Below are positions 57,938-64,000 of a DNA stretch of 64,000 nt, in pieces. Both the position numbers and the translations under genes were made by a program. Every line of letters begins with the position of its first letter. The stretch's first letter is position 1. The notes below the pieces were generated by a model, which was given only the letters and a program-made list of their open reading frames with translations, was not told the origin of the DNA and did not search any database. This DNA comes from an uncultured virus (IMG/VR IMGVR_UViG_3300029258_003649) (taxonomy: Duplodnaviria; Heunggongvirae; Uroviricota; Caudoviricetes): IMG/VR virus record IMGVR_UViG_3300029258_003649. One strand, written 5' to 3'.

Positions 57938-58155
57938 CGCAGATCGTATTCAGCGTCATCTGCATGGTCTCGATTGCGCTGTGGCTGCTGCTGGTCGTAA
58001 GCGTTGCGATCGCAGCGGAGACGCTCAAGAAGGTCTCGGATGACTTCAGCAGAATTCGGACCGCGGAACGGATGAAGGTGTGTCTCACGAGGCTATGTAT
58101 GCCCGTGACGTTTGCTATTCTTTTGGTCTGGGCATTGTTATGTCCATACCTATAA
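57934..58155 (+). CDS. Small two-TM membrane protein
   Basis: Two hydrophobic segments; ATGA coupling. Confidence 0.6.
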   Translation: MTQIVFSVICMVSIALWLLLVVSVAIAAETLKKVSDDFSRIRTAERMKVCLTRLCMPVTFAILLVWALLCPYL

Positions 58156-58191
58156 ACCGGCGGATCATCCGCCCAAACAAGGAGCTGTGCT

Positions 58192-59076
58192 ATGCTCGAT
58201 GATGCGATTGCTCACTATGCTGAGCACGTGAAACCGGAGGCCAGTAGGGCTGGTTGGATTCAGCACTGCAAGCAGGCCGTTGATTCGGTGCGCAACCACG
58301 CGGCGATCGACTCGAAGTTGTTCGTCAACTACGTGGTCGAAGTGCCGAGCGGGCGTCAGATCATGGACATCGTGAAGCCGGAAGACGGCGAGAAGCCGAC
58401 CGACATGATGATCTATGATACGGACTCCAAGAGCTTCACCCGCTGCCGCGCCCGCAAGATGCGCAGCCGGTTCATGCTCAAGGTCCACGCCAAGGACATG
58501 ATTTCCAGTCCCCGCGGCGTTGCCGTGGCGCTGGTCGAACGCGGTAGCAACGCGTTGTTCGTCGGCGGTAGTTTCTGCAACTACCTCGACACCTGGAACC
58601 GCCACGTCGGTCTCTGGCTGGCGATCCAGAACATGCAGCCTGTCCCGTGGCAGCTGGCACATCAGATGAAGGCGCTCCCGCTCGACACCGAGCTGGCCCA
58701 CCTGCTGATGAGCAAGCACAGCACGGAGAAGCTGAAGGAGAAGGTCCCGCCTCCGTGGGACTTCGTCATCCAGGAGGGACGCACGTGTGCCCACACGGAG
58801 TTCCACTGGTTCGAAGCGGATAAGAAACCGTTTACGAGGATCATTCAGGGACGGCGAAAGGTGTGCTGTCCCATCTGCGAGAAACCGCTTAGCCGCCCCG
58901 TATTTCCGCCGACCACCAGGACTGCGATCATCACGACGATCCAACTGGCGACTCGGTGCTGGGACAGACGGTTCGGTGACAAGGAGTCCACGACGAATGT
59001 CAGCAACAACCTTTCCGAGAACGGGTCGCCATCAAAAATGGTTGCCGGAACCCCTATTACAGAGCAGCGGGGGTGA
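58192..59076 (+). CDS. Hypothetical protein with a C-terminal C-x-H..CPxC Zn ribbon
   Basis: AAGGAG RBS; TCAH..CCPICE. Confidence 0.65.
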   Translation: MLDDAIAHYAEHVKPEASRAGWIQHCKQAVDSVRNHAAIDSKLFVNYVVEVPSGRQIMDIVKPEDGEKPTDMMIYDTDSKSFTRCRARKMRSRFMLKVHAKDMISSPRGVAVALVERGSNALFVGGSFCNYLDTWNRHVGLWLAIQNMQPVPWQLAHQMKALPLDTELAHLLMSKHSTEKLKEKVPPPWDFVIQEGRTCAHTEFHWFEADKKPFTRIIQGRRKVCCPICEKPLSRPVFPPTTRTAIITTIQLATRCWDRRFGDKESTTNVSNNLSENGSPSKMVAGTPITEQRG

Positions 59077-59254
59077 CGAGTACGACGACGAAGACGAAGA
59101 CTTCGACGACGACTACGACGACTACGACGATGACGACGACTACGACGACGATGATGAAGACGAAGACGACGATTTCGACGACGACTTCGACGACGACTAT
59201 GAAGACGAAGAAGACGACGAATGGAACGACTTCGACGACGATGAGGAGGACTGA
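58997..59254 (+). CDS. Small, extremely acidic protein
   Basis: AAGGAG at 58981 and ATG at 58997; about 58-residue D/E tract with spaced Y/F/W; coupled to 59254. Confidence 0.65.
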   Translation: MSATTFPRTGRHQKWLPEPLLQSSGGDEYDDEDEDFDDDYDDYDDDDDYDDDDEDEDDDFDDDFDDDYEDEEDDEWNDFDDDEED

Positions 59255-59535
59255 TGGCCTCCCTCACCCCGCTCGAGTTGTGCGTCGCAGTATTCGTGAT
59301 CGTGTCAGGCGTCGCGAGCTGGTTTCTATTGGGTCTCTACGATCGGTGCACTAGTTCACACCATCCCAGAGGCTCCCCGGACGAGGATTATGCTGCGCGG
59401 CGAGCCGCGCTTGCTCGTCGGGAGAAATTGCTCGCCCGAAAGACGCCGACTTCACAGCAAAAGGCTCAACCCCTGAAGCAGCCGCAACCTCATCAAAAAG
59501 CTCGATGTCGCCCCGCGGCAACGTCGGAACGATAG
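59254..59535 (+). CDS. Small membrane protein
   Basis: One TM helix; coupled start; 3' end overlaps the convergent gene. Confidence 0.5.
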   Translation: MASLTPLELCVAVFVIVSGVASWFLLGLYDRCTSSHHPRGSPDEDYAARRAALARREKLLARKTPTSQQKAQPLKQPQPHQKARCRPAATSER

Positions 59536-60568
59536 AGGCCAGCTTCTCGGTGTCGACCCACGCGCCTGCGGGCGCAACCTCGTCTGTGAAATCATCGCCA
59601 AGCGCGTCAGCGAGATCGTTGACAGGCAGACGCTGCAAGTCCGCCTTTTTGTAATAATTGCCGGAGAGCGGCGACCCCACCAGGTCGTCCGACAGTTCGG
59701 CAGCAAGTTTCTCGGTGACGGCGAACAGCTCCTCGGGTCGCTGGATGACATTGTCATACCGGCGGTTGAGGCCAGTCTCACGATCGAATTGGTCCACGAC
59801 CGCTGCGATCTTTGTGAGAACGCTGTAGTGCCGGATACTATCCGAGGATTCCTCACACAGCCGGGCGAGCTTTTCCAACTCCTGTTGCAGCTCGCTCGGC
59901 TGGTGTGTATTCCCTGCGGCTTTGATGCGGGTGCGGATGATCTCCGCAGCCTGCTTACCCGAACACACACCGAGGCCCGCCATTTTCTCCAGCATGTCGA
60001 TGTGCTCCGGCAGGTCCGCGCCGAATGCAGCACGTTTCTGGAGTATCTTCGTCGCGAACTTGTTCCGATCCGCATACGGAAGCTGGTCGCGATACTCGGC
60101 GAGCCAATCTGCCGCGGCCTTGACCTCACCGATGTTGCGCATCGGGTAGTGCCGTTCACGCTGTCCCTGACCGTCATCGAAAACGACCGCGAAATCCGAA
60201 TCCGGAAGTTCAGTCGAATCGTAGCGTCGGGCCGCGGCAACCTTTTCTTTCATCTCGGTCACCTGATCGGCCACGCCATGGAACTGGGCGGCATGCATCA
60301 GACGGCTCTCGACCAGATCGGCCTGCCCGACACTCATCTCGGCCCGCTTCTCGTGGAAGAAGATCGAGGACATGACCGTGGCTGCGCCGGTATGGCAGGG
60401 ATAGCGCCGACGAGAGAGGTCGGCGTACTGATGGGGGGCGACGTCGTCATCTCCGCAGATGTCACGTTGGCTCGCGGACTTGACAAAGGCTGGCAACGGA
60501 TAGATGGAGTTGATACGATGAATCTCCTGTCCGTTGAGGTCTTCTGTTTGATCCATTACGCTGGACAT
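59351..60568 (-). CDS. K-x-A-rich protein, probable head/virion-internal protein; the only minus-strand gene
   Basis: Globular sequence with two (F/Y)A..RxYP repeats and about 13 K-x-A motifs; codon bias supports the minus strand. Confidence 0.7.
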   Translation of the reverse strand: MSSVMDQTEDLNGQEIHRINSIYPLPAFVKSASQRDICGDDDVAPHQYADLSRRRYPCHTGAATVMSSIFFHEKRAEMSVGQADLVESRLMHAAQFHGVADQVTEMKEKVAAARRYDSTELPDSDFAVVFDDGQGQRERHYPMRNIGEVKAAADWLAEYRDQLPYADRNKFATKILQKRAAFGADLPEHIDMLEKMAGLGVCSGKQAAEIIRTRIKAAGNTHQPSELQQELEKLARLCEESSDSIRHYSVLTKIAAVVDQFDRETGLNRRYDNVIQRPEELFAVTEKLAAELSDDLVGSPLSGNYYKKADLQRLPVNDLADALGDDFTDEVAPAGAWVDTEKLASIVPTLPRGDIELFDEVAAASGVEPFAVKSASFGRAISPDEQARLAAQHNPRPGSLWDGVN

Positions 60569-60594
60569 GGTTTGTTCCCTGTTTCGAGGTCTAC

Positions 60595-63396
60595 ATGTTA
60601 AGACGCCGGTCGATCAACGCGCATATCGGATGGCACCAGGTGCTGCCATTGCTAGGAATCAAGGCCGCCTCCACGTCCATCCCGCTGATGGTGCCCTGCC
60701 CGATGTGCAGGAAACCCCGCCTGACTATCTACAATGATAGCAAGTTCGGCGGGAATTGGCACTACTGCCCTGACTGCCATTCCTCTGGAGATATGATAGA
60801 ACTGGCAGCAAAAACGTGGAAGATCAGTTTGGAGGACACAATCCGGCGATTGGTCGCCTCCGGGCTCCCATTCCCGGCGGACGCCGTCACTCAGGAGGCA
60901 ATCCGGCGCTACGAGCAGGGCTACGTGGCCGAACAAACGCACATTCGCCGGCTGCGCGAGGACAGCCGCCGGCTGATGGCCGACGGGGACGTCCAGCTCG
61001 AGCGCGTCCTCCAGCAGATGGGCCTCCCGCAGGACCACCAGCGGGCCTACTGGCGGAAGCGCATGGGGCGCTTCATCGGCGGGGCCGACAAGCTCCGCTG
61101 CATCCAGGGGTTCTACCCGCACGCCGGTCCGCGCAAAGAGAACTCTGTGGGCCGCAACGAGCACGCGAACATGTTCCGCGGCAAGGGCTGGAACGATATG
61201 CTCGTGGTGCCCTTCCACGATCTGCCCGAGCGCTGTGCCGGTGTGCTGTTCATCGGCCGCCACGCCGAGCGAGACAAAGACTACACGTTCCGGCTGGTCG
61301 ACTCCAAGCTGGCGCCGCACGGGGCTGCCGCAGCTGTGGCGGAGATCGGCGTGTGCATGGCGGACGTGCTGAACGGCCCGACGTCCCATGCGCAGCTCTT
61401 CAAAAATCAGGTGTTCGTGATCCCCGATCCGGCCACGGCGCTCAAGCTGCAGGCCCGGCACATGAAGGACGCGGACCTCCCGCTGCCGATCGTGGGCACG
61501 TACAACGCGCTGGTCCGCCGGCAGACCCGTAAATGGGAGCTGCGCACGTACGACTTCTGGCGTACCCGACCGGACAAACGATTCATCTTCTGGGACAAGG
61601 TGCTGTCGGCCAACCTGTTCAACATGGCGGCGCGTGCCGATGGGCTTGTGAGCATCGTCCCTGCTGCGCAATACACGTGGCGGCGGCCGCCGCACATGTG
61701 GCTGCGAGACATGCAGCGCCGGGCGCGACCCTGGGCAGAGGCGCTAGAGGCGCATCTACGCGTAATCCCGGAGGACGCGGCTGCGACGCTGCTGCAAAAC
61801 ATCGACATCCCTCCCGACATGTTGATGCAATTCACGGATGGCTGCTGCGACGAGGTGCAGGAGCTGCTGGAGCGCCACCGAAAGGCGGCCACGCAGTTCC
61901 ACAACACGACAGTCAGGGGCCAGGGCATTGAAGAGATGAGCAATGGCTGGCACGTCGCCAAAACCGGCGAGTGTGTCTGTGACGCCATTCTCAGGGTGGA
62001 GAAGGTCATCTGCATCGAAGACGACGAGGACGCCGACCCCTACTATCAGGGGAGGATCATCTATGGTAATGAGCAGGTGGAATTCGTTGAGCCCATGAGC
62101 AAGATCGAGAGCGACCCAGGGACATGGCTCAAGAAGAAGGTGCTGTCCAAGCTCGGCAAGATGGTCGTCATCAAGCGAGCATGGGCACCGCACATTTTCG
62201 ATATTGCTCGTGGGCTACACACCCCCGAGGTCATCCGTGAAGACGGAAAGTTCGGCTGGAAGCCACGCGACAGCTGCTTCAGCCTCCCTAAGTTCGCCGT
62301 GCACGTCGGAGGTGAGGTGTGCGACGAGCCCGCTCATGTTGTCGACGCATGGGCACCAGGCCAGGATCTGGATGCGCCTACAGCGGTGATTCCCGATCTC
62401 TCTCCGCTGCTGGAGGACAGCCCAGCAAACGCTCTGGTGTGGGCAACCGCCGCCTGTATCGGAGCGAATATCTTGGCGCCTGCAGTAGGGCAGCACGTGA
62501 CCGGTATAGGGCTCATCGGTCATGGTGCTGTGCTCTGCGGGAAAGAGACTGCAAGAACGTGCGGATGTTGTGAGTACAGTAGTGCGTCTGCGACGCCGGC
62601 GGGCATAGACAAATCTTTGGGAGTGATAACTGATGTCACAGCCCGGCATCGCTGGCCGTTAATGGTGAACATGCAAAACCAAGCTCGTCGTGTCCAGGAC
62701 GTCATGGCACACGGCGGCTACGAAGCAAACACCATCCTGTGCACCGATAAATGGCACGCCGACGTCTGGTCACTCGTTGGTTCGTGGCGGTTTATAAACG
62801 GACCCAAGGCCGTAGAGCCGGGGGCGCATGTGAGGCAGTTATTGCCGCGCGTGCTGCCTCTGTGGCTCAGGCGTATCAGCCAGCGCAAGTTCAAACTGGA
62901 ATCACATGCGGACGAATACCTGATCCGCGTGATCGACGACATGGCGTCCATGATGCAAGAGCATGGGCCAGTCAAGGTGATCTACGAGGCTGGCAGCCGT
63001 GTAGATAACGTGGCGGAGCTACCCAAGAAGCCCGCGCAGAAGCTGGTAGCCCTGCTGCATGAGCAAATTTGTGACGGATACATTCGATTCGCACGCCCGG
63101 GCGACACGACCAAAGGGCGAGGCGCGACGATCGTGCGGTGTGCGCCGAAAGACCGTGCGCCAGGCATTTTCATCCCTAGAGTTGCTATCACTGGCATCTG
63201 TGAGAAGCGTGGTGTGATGCCCCCCGATCCGGCCAGGGTAAGCGACGCATTCAAAGCTGCCAATGCACTGGATGGCGAATGCGAGTATGATAATGAAAGG
63301 GGCTGGTTTATATCAGAGTCATGGTGGAACAAGCAGATCGACCGCTGCAACTCTAATCCTCAACACCGGTTAAAGGTAATAGGAGGTGACGAATGA
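60595..63396 (+). CDS. Large replication protein with an N-terminal primase-type (CHC2-like) Zn finger
   Basis: CPMC..LTIY..WHYCPDC..GDMIEL..EDTIRRL; no intact TOPRIM or Walker motif recognised. Confidence 0.55.
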   Translation: MLRRRSINAHIGWHQVLPLLGIKAASTSIPLMVPCPMCRKPRLTIYNDSKFGGNWHYCPDCHSSGDMIELAAKTWKISLEDTIRRLVASGLPFPADAVTQEAIRRYEQGYVAEQTHIRRLREDSRRLMADGDVQLERVLQQMGLPQDHQRAYWRKRMGRFIGGADKLRCIQGFYPHAGPRKENSVGRNEHANMFRGKGWNDMLVVPFHDLPERCAGVLFIGRHAERDKDYTFRLVDSKLAPHGAAAAVAEIGVCMADVLNGPTSHAQLFKNQVFVIPDPATALKLQARHMKDADLPLPIVGTYNALVRRQTRKWELRTYDFWRTRPDKRFIFWDKVLSANLFNMAARADGLVSIVPAAQYTWRRPPHMWLRDMQRRARPWAEALEAHLRVIPEDAAATLLQNIDIPPDMLMQFTDGCCDEVQELLERHRKAATQFHNTTVRGQGIEEMSNGWHVAKTGECVCDAILRVEKVICIEDDEDADPYYQGRIIYGNEQVEFVEPMSKIESDPGTWLKKKVLSKLGKMVVIKRAWAPHIFDIARGLHTPEVIREDGKFGWKPRDSCFSLPKFAVHVGGEVCDEPAHVVDAWAPGQDLDAPTAVIPDLSPLLEDSPANALVWATAACIGANILAPAVGQHVTGIGLIGHGAVLCGKETARTCGCCEYSSASATPAGIDKSLGVITDVTARHRWPLMVNMQNQARRVQDVMAHGGYEANTILCTDKWHADVWSLVGSWRFINGPKAVEPGAHVRQLLPRVLPLWLRRISQRKFKLESHADEYLIRVIDDMASMMQEHGPVKVIYEAGSRVDNVAELPKKPAQKLVALLHEQICDGYIRFARPGDTTKGRGATIVRCAPKDRAPGIFIPRVAITGICEKRGVMPPDPARVSDAFKAANALDGECEYDNERGWFISESWWNKQIDRCNSNPQHRLKVIGGDE

Positions 63397-63668
63397 AGGC
63401 CACCAAGATGCTGAGGACGTGCAAGCTCGTGCTCCAGGAACTGGAGGATCTCGAGGAGATGTTGCCCTTCATCCCGGGCGACCAGCGTGCGGATCAGTTC
63501 ATCCACGAGAGCCGCGGAGCCGTGACGGAGCTGCAGCTCATCGCAAAGTTCGAGACGGTGGACAACGTCACCTCCGAACAGGCCTTGCACATTCGGACGA
63601 TCCAGGGCAGAATCAATAAGCTTAGGAACATGGTTCCTGAGGACATACGAAAAGAGTTCGGAGACTAG
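63393..63668 (+). CDS. Hypothetical protein
   Basis: AGGAGG RBS; ATGA-coupled. Confidence 0.65.
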   Translation: MKATKMLRTCKLVLQELEDLEEMLPFIPGDQRADQFIHESRGAVTELQLIAKFETVDNVTSEQALHIRTIQGRINKLRNMVPEDIRKEFGD

Positions 63669-64000
63669 TGGTAGACGGAAATCTGCGGCGGGAATGGCTT
63701 TTAGGTCCAGTGCCCGCTTGCCGGCCGGTTCGACTCCGGTGACCACACGAACCACTGGGCAGGTCAGTATCTGGCTGGGGCTGTAGGTCTCGGCTAAGCG
63801 GGCGCAACTCCCGCCAGACGGTTCAACAGTCGCTTGAGATACCCTCGGTAAACCGAGCGGCCGGGCCTATATGGTCGAGGGTACAGCGCTAGCCAGCTTC
63901 GACTGGGACTGTTGGTAGGACAGACGTAGGCGATAAACCGGTAGGCAGCCGCCGCGCTAAACGCGGGAGGGCACCGGGAACCGAATAAAACCTACGAGCG
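63668..64000 (+). ncRNA. Large structured ncRNA with tRNA-like domains, probably continuing past the window
   Basis: T-arm gccgg-TTCGACT-ccggt, a second T-like arm gcggg-CGCAACT-cccgc, and nested helices caacagtc/gactgttg, taccc/gggta, cgtagg/cctacg; no credible ORF. Confidence 0.6.

Noticed and set aside
59076..59251. CRISPR array or microsatellite
   Set aside because: The GAC/GAA repeats simply encode the Asp/Glu tract; I saw no repeat-spacer structure in the window.
63668..63754. Canonical tRNA (Lys, Sec or suppressor) or tmRNA
   Set aside because: The T-arm is good, but the acceptor stem is short, the anticodon arm is over-long without a proper 7-nt loop, and CCA is not adjacent. It is kept only as a tRNA-like domain.
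1..64000. Stop-codon reassignment
   Set aside because: TAA, TAG and TGA all end genes at positions coupled to the next start, and recognisable genes are not fragmented.
1..64000. Terminase, portal, integrase, lysin or DNA polymerase
   Set aside because: I recognised no diagnostic motifs; these genes presumably lie outside the window. Host and lifestyle cannot be established from this sequence.

Overview
This 64 kb, GC-rich window is part of a large tailed-phage genome with a contractile tail (myovirus-like). Almost every gene is on the + strand. Positions 1-5.8 kb hold head genes: the end of a prohead protease, a scaffold-like protein, a decoration-like protein and the major capsid protein. 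From 6 to 19 kb is an array of paralogous modular fibre or spike proteins, followed by a sulfotransferase. From 20 to 40 kb are neck, sheath, tube, hub/spike, a -1 frameshifted tail chaperone pair, a tape measure protein and baseplate genes, with a sigma-70 factor embedded among them. From 40 to 45 kb are a Cys-rich repeat protein and glycosyltransferases. From 45.5 to 64 kb is an early/accessory region with repeated promoter-like motifs, many structured intergenic elements, a Ycf46-type AAA ATPase/DUF1257/DUF2997 cluster, a GP88-like protein, a primase-like Zn-finger protein and the start of a large structured ncRNA. The best candidates for undescribed systems are: (i) a C-terminal peptide tag, R-x-x-R-[GK]-[IV]-x-[FLIT], shared by five unrelated proteins around the AAA ATPase; (ii) related structured RNA elements plus a large ncRNA with tRNA-like domains; and (iii) a K-x-A processing signature in head proteins that also marks the only minus-strand gene. 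All family assignments come from motif recognition by eye and gene order; no searches were run.
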